Shown here: one piece after another, positions 39,024-53,002 of the stretch
Numbering within the stretch: position 1 is the stretch's first letter
Layout: every line of letters begins with the position of its first letter
From: Camelus dromedarius
Taxonomy: Eukaryota
Direction of reading: 5' to 3'
Assembly (NCBI RefSeq): GCF_036321535.1
Contig: NC_087437.1
Location: forward strand, 48,734,001 to 48,798,000
DNA length: 64,000 nt
Notes under the pieces: generated by a model
Seen by the model: the letters and a program-made list of their open reading frames with translations, nothing else
Database searches by the model: none
Told to the model about the DNA's origin: nothing
Translations under genes and position numbers: made by a program

Positions 39024-41932
39024 CACACGTGTAGATATCAGTAAGCATTTATTAAATACTTTAGCATACACTTTTCAAATCTTAGTACTTCCATTACCCA
39101 CTGAGGTATATCTGTGTAATAATTATTACATATGGGCAACTCCTAAGAGGTGTTTCTAATTTTGACATTCAGAAGACTAAAAGATCAGCTTTTGAAGAGT
39201 GATCTTCTTTTAGGCAGTTATAGAATTACACTTGTTGAGCTGTTTGTTTTTCATTATAAATGAAGACTTGCATTACGTTTTTATTGCCCGAAAGATGAAC
39301 ACCTGCCATGCTTTTCGGGTTATCGTGTAGTCTATAAATAGATTTTCTCATTCAGCAGAAAGGAAGCAGAAATTTGTTTTACATAAGCAGAATAAGTTTT
39401 ATGTAAGGTATCAAATATTCCTGTGGTTCATGAGTCAAAAACCAAATGATGACACCAAATGTCTCTCACATATTACAGTCTGCATTAGCAGTAATTCTTA
39501 GTTTAGCAACCTAAGAAGAATATTGTAACAGAATCAAGGTCTGAAGCCATCAGAGGCTATTTTTAGACTTCTATGGGGTCATGATCTGCTCTTTTTTAGG
39601 TGTGGATTTCATGTATTAAAATTCAATAACTACTTTTCCCAACTTCATTAAGCCCTTAAGGCAAAATGCATAGTGAAAAATTCCTTGGGAATCCCAAACA
39701 CTAACAAAGGATTTTAATTTTAATTTTAATTCCAATATTGTTTTCAGTAGTTCTTCAACTTGTTTACTGTTGAGCCTTCCCAGGCAGCCAGTTGTAAAAG
39801 GCGTCTGTGATTTGGCAGTACAAGAACCCATAAAGGAATGAACACTAAGTTATTCCAATTAGCACAAAGGCCAGGTTAGATATTAGTCAAGTGCAGAAAT
39901 AGACAATATTCCTTGTACATGTAAGGGATTTTGTTACACAAAACTTCCTGTCAGATTGAAGTTAATTTAACCATACTAAAGAAAGAAAACGTTCAGAGAC
40001 TTTGTAAATAGATTTCTTAGAAGGCTGTAGAACTGAATTATATCTCTCAGTTGAGTCTTTTTAAAAATCTTAATTATACTCTCAGCATTGTCCTATTAAC
40101 ATCAGTGCAATCTCTTCATAATTTGACCAAAGATTGTTTTAAAACGTAATGAGTTAGAATCAGGTTTGCATTTAGATCTGCAAAGGTGCTTAAAATTAGG
40201 AAGAATTTTTAAAATACATTTGTAAATCCAGAAGTGATTTTCATTCTAATTCTTATTCACTCTAAATAATCTTAGGTAACTGTCACAAGGATTTCACACC
40301 ATTTGTGATTTATAAGTCATAAATGCTTTCTCAAATTTTGATTGTATGATGACAGTATTCAAATATTCAAATTTTTGAAGTGTGAATTTAAAATGATTTA
40401 TTAATCACACAAGAAAAAAGTGACTTATTGGCTCTAAATTTTTCAACTTGTGCAATTTATTTGATTCTTGCTCAGTGGTGGCATGGGATTGGATAATGAG
40501 AGGTAGAAGTTCCATTCATTATTCATTTTCTATGACCAAAGTTTGCCAGATTTCACCACCAACCTCTTGGCTGCTTCCATTTTACAGACAAAGAATAAAA
40601 AGCTTAGAGAAGTTGAATAACTTTCCCAAGCTCACATAATGTTTTAGTAACAAATAAGAATTAGCTTTCTGGAAATTTCAGGATGTGACTTAACCCACCA
40701 AATGATCTTAAAATACCGATGCAGTGACTGAAAATAGGGACAAATTGTAGCTGATGCCATAGAGCAGTAGTGTAGAAGTTTGTTATTTTTAATATTTTTC
40801 CCAAGAGGCAAAAAAAAAAGCAAAGTGTATAAATAGAATAAGAAATATAAATAGCTAATTAATAACAAAAAAAAGTACCCTCACTAAGAACTAAAAAAAA
40901 AAAAACCAGATATACATAGAAAAAAATCTGTAAGAACACACTACTTAATATAGTTACTTTTAGGAATCAAGATTGTGGAAGGAAAGACTTTAATTTTAAA
41001 ATTTAAAATTTTTTTATTATTTATATTGGTTGCAACCAAAATGTATGATAGTCCACAAACATTCATCGAACTTTTACAGCACTGTATTTGGAATATATCA
41101 GCGAACAAAACAAAAATTCTTGTTGCCATGAAGCTTACATTCAGCTTCTGTTACCTCATAGTTCAAAAAACAGCTGAGGCACCTTTAATTTAAGTTTAAT
41201 TGAAACAACTGCAAAAGAAAAATAAACACACAGAACTGCTTTCTCAAGCAACATAAGTTACACCGAAGTGAATTTATTTGTTTGCTTTGAATGACTAGGA
41301 GAACGAAAGACCCATGTGAAGGTGAAAAGAGGAACCAAACAAAAAATAAAAACAGAATTTGGAGATGGATAATACTGTAATACATGAACTATCTTTATCT
41401 CCAATATCAGCCATGTTTTATGATTTCAAAAAATTACCTAAAGCATGAATCACAAAACTTGAATAAACCAAGAACAGTGGTTAGTGTTTATATTTGTACT
41501 AGAATATGGTTCCTGTAGCACATTAATTTTTTATGGCTTGGGTGTCAGCTGACAGAAGGAGGAAGAAATCTAGGAAGGAAATGAGAGAATAACAAAATAT
41601 AATCTGAATCAGGGCTTTGAATCTTAGCCCAAATGATTCAGCTAATTGCCTGAACAAGATATTGTAAGTATTCCAGAGCAGAGGCATTTAGTGCATTGCA
41701 GCTGAATAAACCAAGGGGCTGAGTGATTGACTCAAAATCTCTCTTTAATTAAAATTTTCCATTATCAAAAAAGTGGCATATATTGTACCATACTTAGGAA
41801 GAACTAATTTTTATTTATAAACACATGTATATTTTTAAAATGTCTTTCAGACATATACATGAGCATTACAATATTCATGGTGTAGTTCCAATCAGGTTTA
41901 ATTTTTAAATATTCTTAAATTTATACTTAAAA

Positions 41933-42069
41933 CGGGGGAGGGGATACCTCAGTGGTAGAGTTCATGCCTAGAATGCACGAGGTCCTGGGTTCAATCCCCA
42001 GCACCTCCACTGAAAAATAAATAGATAAACCTAATTACCTACCACCACAACAACAGCAACAACAACAAC
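41933..42069 (+). mobile_element. tRNA-Ala-derived SINE (camelid vic-1-like)
   Basis: A-box-like cctcagtggtagag and B box gggttcaatccc; (AAC)n tail; perfect 16-bp TSD aaatttatacttaaaa (41917-41932 / 42070-42085). Confidence 0.92.
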
Positions 42070-43021
42070 AAATTTATACTTAAAAGATTTGCTACATGAT
42101 ACTTTTTTCCCCCTGAATTTGATTTTGGATCCTGCAACAAAGTTTTCAAAATGCTATGTAGACCTTGTACTTTATTAGTCCTATTGAAGAAAACACTAAT
42201 TTCCAAGTACTTACCCATTATAATCATAGCTATGTTGCTATTGAATGCAATAAAGTATGCTATAAAGAGCTAGTGCATTTATGAAGGCAAATTCTATGTC
42301 ATATATTCATTCAACTTTCATTCTGCTAATCTTGGATTCTGAAATACATATGTGTATATTGTATTTACATATAATATATTAAAAATATATTACCTATACC
42401 CGTATATGACATGTGTTCTTTGGATATTGTACTATGCAATAGATGTAAGACAGTGAAACCATTCCCATTGCTCTCTGCCCTCCTACCATCTCCTGCTGGG
42501 ATTCTCTCTTGGTGCCATCCACCCACAGCTGAAAGGCAAAAGAGCCTGTGATGCAGTCAATGCAGGTCGGCCTCCCAGGGCATAGAGCTGGTTGAAGAAG
42601 TGTGGAGAGACGGCCTGGAGAGACGGCCTAGAGAGGCCAGCAGAAGCACTCCAGCACAAGGTCCAAACTGTGGTGAAAAGAAGCAGTGCAGCTACTCGAG
42701 CTGGGGGTATGCCCTTCTCTTCCAAAAGCTTTCATTTTTGCTAATATCAGAAATAGCTTTCCCTGATGAATCCCATCAGTATTCATGTAATTTCCTTGTA
42801 CAAATTGCAATGACATTAAATATTTTATCTGTGCCTGATTAATTTATCATGTCTTTCATGCATGTCATTGTTTCTAAGTTTTTGCAACGTGTATATGTTA
42901 TGTATGCTAATACTGAACCACAGAAATGGGCAGCCTAGGGCCTCCAGCTCAGATGGCTAGGCCCTAGTACTAAGAAACACAATGTTGAGAGTTGCTGTGG
43001 TCCCCAGACCATATTAGCCTC

Positions 43022-43422
43022 AGGCAGCCTGTACTGCACAATGCTTAAGAATAAGAGCTCTGGTGGAGAGGGTAGAGCTCGGTGGTAGAGCACATGCTTG
43101 CAATGTACAACTCCCTTGGTTCAATCTCCAATGCCTCCATTTAAAAAATAAGTAAATGAATAAACCTGATTACCCCCCCCCAATAAAATAAAATAAAATT
43201 AGCATTAAAAAAAAAAGAAGGGCTCTGAAGTCAGACTCTGCTACTAGCTAGCTATATGATATTGGGCAGATTACTTCTGCCAACATTACTTGTTTGTAAA
43301 ATAGGGAGTAATGATACATCTATCTCAAAAGGTCATTCAAAATTGAGATGAATTAACATGCACAAAATGATTACAGCAATGCCTAATATATAGTAAGCAC
43401 TGAAAAAACGTTAGCTTTTATT
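43022..43422 (+). mobile_element. MIR SINE interrupted by a vic-1-like SINE
   Basis: ggcagc...gcttaaga...gctctg | gctctgaagtcagac...ttgggcagattactt...tgtaaaataggg...tagtaagcactgaaaaaacgttagc. Confidence 0.75.
43063..43216 (+). mobile_element. tRNA-Ala-derived SINE (vic-1-like)
   Basis: agctcggtggtagagcacatgctt...ggttcaatctcc, tail aataaacctgattaccccc; imperfect TSD aagagctctg / aagggctctg. Confidence 0.88.
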
Positions 43423-44131
43423 ATCTCAAAAGTTAATATTTTTGGTGTGACACAAATTGGCTGACTATAATGAGACTCTGCATAAGAGTAAAGATAGATT
43501 AATATAAATTACAATTAAGAAAAGAAACTCAAAATGACTTTGAGACCACATAGGGCAGAAACCACACCTAAATGACCAATTTGCAGGCAAACAACATAAT
43601 CCCAGAAACCAGCTTTGTAGTATGGGGTCTCATATCTAATCTGCTTAGTGTTTATGTTGACTATTCTATTTCCCTCATTCTACAAATTTACCAAGTATTT
43701 TGGGGTCATTCCAAGTGATCAAAAGCTTAGGTCAAATCATATTGCCCTGGCTTCTCTTAACTGATCCCACATCTCAAATGTCTTGAATTAGCCATTTTCC
43801 CTCTCTGTGTCTCCATCTCTGCTCTTGTTTCATTTAATGCCACTTTATTTTCTCTGCTCCTAGGGACAACACTTTTTTCACCATTCTAGTTCCCACAGGC
43901 CTCTAGTTAACTTTGCCTTGTTCCCACTTAGGGCCCAGGATTATTCTCTGTAGAAACCTGGAGTTTTATCAACTTTATTCCTGTCAAACAATTTCTACCT
44001 CATATAAAATGATTGTCTTTGTGTAGTCATTTTATATATTATCCATAACTTTTGTGGATCAAAAAATTGAAAGCATAGAAGGCATGTTATTACAGATAAA
44101 TGAAAAATGATTAGTAGTAATTTAACAAACT

Positions 44132-44368
44132 CAGTGTTTTGCAAATTGTAGGCCATGACTTATTACGGGTCATAAATTAAGTTTAATTGGCAGATTCCAA
44201 AATTTTTAAAATTAAATGAAATACAATGAAATAAAAAAAAAATAAAATGCAGCTATATTGACTATTTATGAAGCTTTTATTTTAGTTGTTTATATGTATG
44301 TATGCTTGGTCACCATGTAAAACATATTTCTTATTCTGTATCAAGATATAAAAAGTTTGAAAGCCCTC
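44132..44368. mobile_element. MER113-like hAT-Charlie remnant
   Basis: cagtgttttgcaaattgtaggccatgac...aaaaagtttgaaagccct. Confidence 0.5.
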
Positions 44369-46404
44369 CAATACATCACATGTACTTTTTATTGTTTTTT
44401 AAATGCTCTTAGTCTTTTTATAAGGACATTGATACATTTTCAGTCAGATTGTAACTTTGCTGAGGTAAGGTACTCATTCTTATTTACCTTTTGTATGACA
44501 GCTCCACAATTTAAGTGAACCAACATTACTGAAAGCCTCAAAATATACACTACACTAAGTATTCAGTAAATATCGACCATCTTGACATATATGCAACTAA
44601 AGAAAAATAAAGGCAGTAATAGCTGAAAATAAGTGTGTAAATGAAATATCCAATTACAATAGGTCTCCAGTTTATCTCATTATTTATGAGACCCACTGTA
44701 TTTGTTAATACAGTTGAATTAAGTGAAAGATTGACTATATACTATATACCAGACCATTTGCTAGGTATTTAAGATAGACATGTGATTAACACAGTCTCTG
44801 ATCCCAGAGACTTCATGGTCTACAAAGTATATGTGTTTTAATGAGAGAGAATTGAATTGTAAGTATTAAGTGCTTTTGTTTCACAATGTTCTGTTGGTGT
44901 GGGCATCATTATTCCTACTTTCAAAAAGAAGAAACATTTAGAGATGTAAGACTTTACTGGAATTTTAATCCCTCTGAATTCAAAGCTCATGATCTTTCTT
45001 CTGTATCTGCTATATTAGGCCTAAGACTTTTATGTGTCTTACTTTGTCAAATCCCAGAATATGGAGAGACATAGGACTGTAACATTCACAGTTATGAATC
45101 AATCAAAAATTATATTTTGAGTGCCTACTAGATGTTCATGTTCTAGAAAGAAGACAAACATATAAAAATTTAGGACAGAAATTAACCACTGAATTCAAGG
45201 AAGCCTCTAAGGTTGGACAAAACTGATTGCCAGAGGAATGGACCTTATGAAAAACACTACAGAAGTCAAATAGAAGATCATTTCAAGAGGTCTGATTACC
45301 AAAAGCATTTCAAAGAAATCGGGCTCCCATATCATAACACAAAATTGGAACAGCCCTGAGAAACACTTGCATTTCTGTATTCTGGTATACCCCCAGTCCC
45401 CACTGACTTTAAACATGTAAATCTAGGCCAAAATGACTGAGATATTACCATCAAGTAATTATGGTTTACTGCAATCATTTTCCATGATTTTATAAAACTA
45501 ACAGTGTCCTCTGTCATTGTGGCAGTCTAAAATGTAGACAAGATAAAAGTAGAGTTGATTATGGAGAGAACAGTGGTGACGCAGAGCAACCTCCTTCCTT
45601 ACCCAACAATGTCTAATTGTTATATGATTAGAAACAACTCATATAACAGATATTCCTTGATTACTTTATTATTTACTGGGCACTGGTCCCAGCTCTCAGG
45701 AAGCAAGAGAAAGTTGGAGGAAAGTAAACTTAAAAAGCTTTTAGGAGTTTACGAAGCATACTGTTAGGTTTCATTTTCTCACAATAATCCTGTGTGGAAG
45801 GTCCAGCAGAGATTTTAGACAGTTTGGCTGAGGTTGTGCAGCTCCAATCTATTATTTTTTAAAATTGGTTTACAAGGGGTTTTGTAAATATTCTTGAAAT
45901 AATGTTGAAATCAAGATATTTTGAAATACATGATTCCTTGACAATGCCAAAAATCCCTTGCCTTTTATCTCACAATAACTTACTTGATTAGTGATGGTGA
46001 AACGTATCTATACTTTTTCACTGTCTTACTCAGTGTGCTTTGAGATTTCTTGAGTAACTGAACATTTAATATTCTTGGTTCTTTTAATTTTAATTGACAT
46101 GCAAGGGAAATGTAAACGTTTCATGTCAACCTTTATATGCTTAACACCTTTTTTGAAATATGCCTGAGCATACTGATTCAAGGGATTAGAATTCCAATCA
46201 CACCTCAACATTTGGACATGTTTCCTCTTCTTTAAAGGTAAAGTTTAAACTTTAAAGATAAAGTGGGGATAAAGTTGCCTACCTAATGATCATTTGTTTG
46301 TAAACTATTTTATAAAATCACTTGCCAAATGTCAAGTTTATGAAGGTTTATGAATGTGTCTTTAACTATCATCATTTTAATTTCCATATATTCCTACTAC
46401 AGAT

Positions 46405-46705
46405 GCATAGTGTAATTTCTTACTATAAGATCTCAGCTTAAACCTTACTTCCTCCAGTAAACAGCGCATTGCCTGTCCCCACAATTATGTTGTGACACGC
46501 TGCTCTAGGATCTAAAAGAACATTCTCCCATCTGGAATTTTTCTCATTTTATTGTAATTGCTTGTTCAGTCACATTTCTTGCCTGATAAACTGAAAGCTC
46601 TTAGGGAACAAGGTCTCTATCCATCTTTTTCACAATGATACCCAAGTGTGCTTGCAAAATATGTGACATAGTAAAACTCTAATAAATACTTGTAAGGTGA
46701 ATGAA
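46405..46705 (+). mobile_element. L2 3' fragment
   Basis: tctcagcttaaaccttacttcctcc...aaactgaaagctcttagggaacaagg...aataaatacttg...tgaatgaa. Confidence 0.65.
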
Positions 46706-47931
46706 AAGTCAAAGTTGGAGCTTTTTCTTCGTTTCATAAAATTTTATTTTCAGTGTTGAAAATGATTACTTTAAAAAGTTTTCATTAGTGATGCAATCCC
46801 CTAAGGTTCTAATCAATTTAATTTTCCTCTAACACATTAATGTGACTATTTTTGCATGGAAATGAAACAACAATAATAATAATAACAAAACAGTATCATT
46901 AAAATGCCTTCACAGTATATGTGCCTAGATAACCAATGTCTTTGAATGAGTGATCATCAAGAAGATGAAATTCAGAATTATCATACTTTTTGAGTTGCTG
47001 TGAATTAATTACATATTATTTTCCAAAAATGTCGTCTTATCAAAGACATCCTTTTCCCTACGAAGATAATTCTTAGAAGAGAAGAAAAAAATGTTTCTAT
47101 TTTCCTGCCATGGTAGAAAAAGAATTTTCAAAGCAAGATCAGAAAAAGAAATAAAATAAATCTATAAGCAACTTTCAGAAAACAAAATTGTGATAAAATG
47201 TCAAGACTGCTTGGGTGTATAAACAATTTTGTTAGGTTCTCAACCCATTTCCTTGGTTAAGTTATATATTCTTTGGTATTTCTCATGATGAATGCCAAGC
47301 CACTCTTCATTTAAACAAAAAATATGACCTATGAACAAGAGTATTATGGTTACTATCTTAATATTAAAGCTTATGTGCAATGTAATTAGTAAATTAGAGA
47401 ATTCAAAGGGAACTGAGGGTCCAAGAATTATCTCCTTTTTCTCCTCTTTTTCCCCCCACTCTTTACTTCCTGGGGAGGGGATGGGGAATTCACGTAATTA
47501 AAAAAAATTTTATTCAACATATACCCATCAAAAGAATATGAGATTCAAAGAAACTGACCATGTTTTTTCTTTTGCTCTTTACACACTTAGCACTTAACAA
47601 ATGCCTGGCTTGTTGTATGTATTCCAGAAATGTTTAATTGATGAGTGAATGAAAAAGTTTTTGTAAGAATCAGTTTTTCATAATAGCACATTAGAATTTT
47701 CAAAAATCCTATCTTAAACTCCATACAAATGTGTATTTGGTCACGTGGATTATGTTAACCAATATATCCAATAATGCTTGGTAGAGGGAAAAAACCTTGT
47801 TTATGGATAAAAACCTAGCTTTATTCAGTGGACTAAATCCAATTCAGCCTTTACATCCTCTGCTTTTAAGACAACTTAATAGTACTATGTCATTAATATT
47901 ACTGTGACTCCTTTTTAAAAATCATTAAATT

Positions 47932-48063
47932 GAGGGGAGGATATAGCTCAATGGTAGAGTGTGTGCTTAACATGCATGAGGTCCTGGGTTCAATCCCCAT
48001 TACCGCCATAAAGAAAAAAAAAGTTAAATAAATAAATAACCTAATTACCCCCCCCCCACACAA

Positions 48064-48108
<45 letters not shown>
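47932..48108 (+). mobile_element. tRNA-Ala-derived SINE (vic-1-like) with (TAAA)n tail
   Basis: tatagctcaatggtagagtgtgtgcttaacatgcatgaggtcctgggttcaatcccc; direct repeat taaaaatcatta (47916-47927 / 48109-48120). Confidence 0.92.
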
Positions 48109-48111
<3 letters not shown>

Positions 48112-49452
48112 AAATCATTACCTTATTTTCAGGGAACAGAATGAAAAACTCACAGAAGAATAACAAACAAAATAGTTAAACCAGGTCAAAAGATTCATCA
48201 AACCCAAGAAAACCAAAAAAATTTTCTATCTACTCTCTTCTTGCCCATTTTTGCCCAACTGCATCTTTAACATTCTTTGTATAGAAGTATCTTCTTCTTA
48301 ACATCACCAAGTATAGATTTAAAGCAAAACAATTTTAATCAAATTCACATGCAGATTATATGAGTTCCAGCCAATTCCTCTTATCATAATTGACCAGAAC
48401 TGTGGTACTGTTGTGCTTTATAGAGTTTTAGAATTATTTTCTTTGATGCATGTTTCATACCATTATGAAATGATATGGACTGTTTAAAAATATTTTTTAT
48501 AAAACCTAGACTATTAAGAGAGTATTGGATAATAAAATTTTTGAAACGTATGAATTTCCATCTTTTTGGCTTTGAGACTTCCTTTATATTGGAAGTTGGA
48601 GAAAACCTTATTAAATTTCATACATGTTTCAAAGTAGTTTTACTTATCCAAAATATTTTTAAAGTACTAAAAATTATGTATCCTCTGCAGTTACCTTTCA
48701 AAATACCTTATTAGAAGTGGTATAGTCAAAACAAGCAAAAGCAGGTAAGTCCAAAATACAGGAATTTTATAGTAAAAACTGAAAATGCCTATCATTTTTT
48801 AAGTTTGCAGATCATCTTTAAAAATTTTAGATGTATCATGTATTCATGAAGCATATAAAAACTAGTCTAGAGAATAAAAATAACAGCAGAAATATAAAAC
48901 ATAAAATATAAAACATACCAGTATCTTTGAAGGTCTTTTCATGTCCCTCCCAGACTGAAAATCTTTCTTTCTCCTATCCCAAGATGTAACCGCTATCCTG
49001 ACTTCTCTGCTAAATAGTCCCTTACTTTTCTTTATAGTTTGTATCACCCATCCTTAAGCAATTTCATGTTTCTTGTTAAGTTTCTTGAGTAACAACCCTG
49101 AACCTAGATGTATACAGAAGGGCTATATTGCCACTGTTAACATACACCTTCCAAGGAGAATAGAAACTGAACAGTTTGTATGTTATAATCTTCAGCTTCC
49201 CTGAAAGTGCAAATGAGCCCTTTTTTTAAGAAGTCAGTGAGTAAAGCCATAAGTGAATAGGCAGAACATCTATCAGGACAGGAATGTAAGTCAACTTGGA
49301 AGATACAGAGACAATGAAAGATGGACAAACTTACAAAATATCATTACTCAATAACATCATCAAGGTTAACAGGAAGGTGTATATATATTTTTCTCAGAAG
49401 TATATAAAATATATACACTATATTGCATACATGCAATGGGAAGTGGTTTTAC

Positions 49453-49711
49453 CTGAGAGTGAAGCCCTCATGAATGGGATTAGCATCCCTATAACAGAGG
49501 CCCCAGAGGGACCCCTTGCCTCTCCCACCACTTGAGGTTACAGTGAAAAGTCAGTTATCTAGGAAGAAGTTGGCCCTCACCAGACACTGAATTTGCCAGC
49601 ACGATGATCTTGGACTTCCTAGCCTCCAGAACTGTGAGAAAAAAAATTCTGTTGTTTATAAGCCACTCAATTTGTGGTATTTTGTTATAGCAACCCAAAT
49701 GGACTAAGACA
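49453..49711 (+). mobile_element. MaLR LTR, MLT1A-like (5' part missing)
   Basis: gccctcatgaatgggattag...ccctcaccagacactgaa...atcttggacttcctagcctccagaactgtgaga...ttatagcaacccaaatggactaagaca. Confidence 0.85.
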
Positions 49712-49719
49712 ATTATATA

Positions 49720-50560
49720 TTTATTAATTTATTTTAGAAAATTAGAAAGAGCCTCTGAAAATTAAAAATATGATAGCAAAAAATGAAAAACTCAATAGGG
49801 AAGTTGGAAAATACAGCAAAAATATTAAGAAATGAACACAAGGAGAGAAAAGAAAATTAGAATATCAGTTTAGGAGATACTATATTCAGTCGGCATTCTA
49901 GAAAGCAAGAACAGAGAAAAAGGAGGAGGAGAAACTGTCAATGAAATAATTCAAGAACATGGCCCCAAAAGAAAAACATGTGGTGCCAGACTGAAAGACC
50001 TTCCCATGTGTTCAACACATGGATATAAATAGACCCACAACAAAACATGTCATCATGAAATTCCAGAATACTTGAGACAAAGATATTACAAGCTTCCATA
50101 AATAAAAGAATGATCCCATACAAAAGACAGGGGGTTAGGATTGCTTTAGACCTTTCAATAACAACATTGGAAACAAGAAGATACTTGAACAATGCACTTC
50201 AAATGTCTGAAGGAATGTGATTTCTGACTTAGAATTTTTTTATTTTTATTTTCTCTCTTTTTTTGGAGGGGGGAAGGGGAGGCAATTTGGTTGGTTTATT
50301 TATTTATTTTAATGGAGGTACTGGGTATTGAACCCAGGACCTCATGCATGCTAGGCAAACACTCTATCACTGAGAATTTTATAGCCAGCCAAACTATCTT
50401 CAGCTATGAAGCAGAATAGAGAAACTTAAAGACAGAGAAAAATGCAGTAAAATTTACCTCCCTACAGTCTTTCTGAGGAAGCAAGCAAGGTTAACAAGGG
50501 ACACTAATACAGGAGAGAGGTGAAAAAATTCCCCAGGGTGTTGGTGCAGTGAGATCTCAG
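49720..50560 (+). mobile_element. HAL1/old L1 ORF1-like remnant
   Basis: aatgaaataattcaagaaca...agactgaaagaccttccca...catcatgaaattccagaata...tagccagccaaactatc; interrupted by a SINE. Confidence 0.6.
50236..50373 (-). mobile_element. tRNA-Ala-derived SINE (vic-1-like), slightly 5'-truncated
   Basis: aatggaggtactgggtattgaacccaggacctcatgcatgctaggcaaacactctatcactgag; flanking agaatttt repeat. Confidence 0.9.
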
Positions 50561-51454
50561 ATAATACGTGTGTATCTGGTGAAAAGTATAACCAGCCCAA
50601 TTTAAAGGAGGTAAAAATTTCTCTGGGAAAGACTTTGGAATCGAATTGTTGATAAGTAGTTAGAACATTAAGTTTAAAAAATAATTTAAAACTCTAAAAA
50701 AGAGGATGGTGAAGGAAGTATCCTAATTTATCTTATGGCTCAGCACTGAGTATATGAATATATAGTCATATATATGATATTGATCTCACCCAAATTTCAA
50801 TAAGACTAAATTGGAGGAAAAGCAATAGAAAGTATGAATGTTGTAGGAGAGGCAGTAAAAAGAAGAGAACTAAGGCCTCCTCTTGCATAGTGAGAAGTCC
50901 ACAGATAATGCTAACATATGATTTAAAAATATAATTATAACTCAATAAAAAAAGTTAAATAAAATAAAATAAAATGTGAGTAAGACAAAAAAATATATAG
51001 AAGATAGCAAAAATAATAAGCTAAAAAGTTAAAAGTGGTTGTTTCTGGGAAAGGGGTAATGATTATAGATGGGAGTAGGGTACAGCAGTTTCTAAAATTC
51101 CTTGGGAACTAACTGATTCTTTAAATTAGGTATAAGTTTGGCAAAAAGAAAAGCTTAAGAGGTGATATATAATTTTTAAAAAAGAAGGAAAGTGTATCGT
51201 GTGTGCTTTGCAGAGAATTCAGGACTGAAACTCTGAGGTCTGGAAGCACCAGTGGTAACTGAGAGAAGTGGAAGGATGTTCAGAAGGTCAATAGGTAAGA
51301 TTTAGTTCTCAAGTTTAGATTCCTATTTCAACCTCACATTATCAAATCATTTCTCCATTCGTAAGCTGACTTCCTCCACCATTCTCTTTAGGCAACTCTT
51401 ATCATCCAACTCTTATGCCTACTCCACCTTAATTAAGTTGCTAATGGTATTAAG

Positions 51455-51705
51455 ATATTGTCATATAGGTGTTAAGGGCAAACTTTAGAATCAGAAAGAC
51501 TGAGTTTGAATTCCGACTTGATTCTTTATTTGCCATATGGTCTTTGGTGAGATAATTCACATTTCTGAGTTTTAGTTTCCTCTTTGTGAAATTAAGAATA
51601 ATAACAGCCACTTCTAAGGGTTAATGAGAGGATTAAATGATGCAATGTATGTGAAGATGCTGAATACAGTGTCTGGCATGTCATACGTGCTCAATCATTA
51701 TTAAT
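51455..51705 (+). mobile_element. MIR SINE
   Basis: actttagaatcagaaagactgagtttgaattcc...tctgagttttagtttcctctttgtgaaat...gaggattaaatga...cagtgtctggcat. Confidence 0.85.
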
Positions 51706-51963
51706 AAACTCTAGAAGAGTATTACTGTTAGAATCAGTATTTTAATTTAAATATGAGATCCAATTATTTGAAATAATTATGGGTACTTGATGCCCTTTTA
51801 CTAGTCCTGATTCACTAGTCTGATTCACTGTTGGAGCATGGAATCAATTCAGGTGATCATTATCAACATTTTTAAAACTACAACACAAAGTAATAAGGAA
51901 TAAACCAAAGTACTTTGTACTAGTAAGGATTTATTTAAGTGTTTGAGAAACATTGGCCTAAGT

Positions 51964-52070
51964 TTTTTTTTTAAGTAATTAAGTTTTTATTTATTTTTAA
52001 TGGAGCTACTGGGGATTAAATCCAGGACCTTGTGTGTGCTAGGCATGCCACTGAACTATACTCTCTCTGC
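51964..52070 (-). mobile_element. tRNA-Ala-derived SINE (vic-1-like), internally deleted
   Basis: tactggggattaaatccaggaccttgtgtgtgctaggcatgccactgaactatac; 10-bp TSD tggcctaagt (51954-51963 / 52071-52080). Confidence 0.9.
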
Positions 52071-53002
52071 TGGCCTAAGTGTTGATAGGAGGGAAGCATG
52101 CTATTCAAAGGTAGTGGTGGTCCTCTCCTTTTAAGTAAAAGAACAGTTATGGAAAAGTAGATTAAAGATAGTATAAATAATTGTGTGTGTTTCTCAAGTT
52201 CTTTGCTACAAGAAATTATAATGAAAGTCTAAGGTCAAGTCCATGTTTACAATAAGTTAACTGCTAGTTTTCAGGACTACCGAAGTCCAAAAAGGAAATT
52301 TTTGGAGTCTATTGCATCCTAGCTCATCTTTTATACCTAAGAATAAAATTCTAAAGTCTTAAAAAATAAATTTAGTTTAGAAAAATGTTTAAAAATTTTT
52401 ATGTCTTAGAAGAAGTAGATATATATTTATCACCCAGACCTTGGTTTTTAAATACAATTTGGAATAATTTGAACAAAGTAAACAAAGTAGTATCAGATTA
52501 TGCACAAAGTATAAAACAAATCACCATGATTCCATACTTACATAAATAAGTGATTGAATAAATAAATAAATGGGAGTGAAGGGATAAAGTTTCCTTATTG
52601 AAGAATTTCACATAATACATATAGATATTCTCCACTCCTGGAAGTAGAGCTTAATCCTGCTTCCCCTTCTCCACTCTCCCTCCACTCCTTGCCTTGAATG
52701 CAAGTCAAATTTATTACTTTCAAAGAGTACAGTGTGGATAAGGAACAACTTCAGTGCAGAAATCAGAAAACACTACTTAACCAAGTGATCAAGGTTAATA
52801 TCATCAGGAATAAGTCATGTTGATGACATTTTACCTCTGAGATATGAGGACACTTTGCCTTTGCAGTATTCTTTCCCCAAATCCATAACTCCAGTCTAAT
52901 CATGAGAAAACTAACAGACAAAACTAAGTTGAGGAACACTCTAAAAAATGTTTGATCGGTAATTCTCAAAATTGTCAAGGTCATGAAAAACAAAGAAAGA
53001 CT

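Noticed and set aside
41933..42010. tRNA-Ala-like sequences here and at six other sites
   Set aside because: They carry SINE tails, TSDs and stem-breaking substitutions, so they are SINE heads rather than tRNA genes.
42604..42638. Short tandem ggagagacggcct x2-3; similar small duplications at 27684 and 51801
   Set aside because: Ordinary slippage duplications without spacers; not a CRISPR-like or otherwise organised array.
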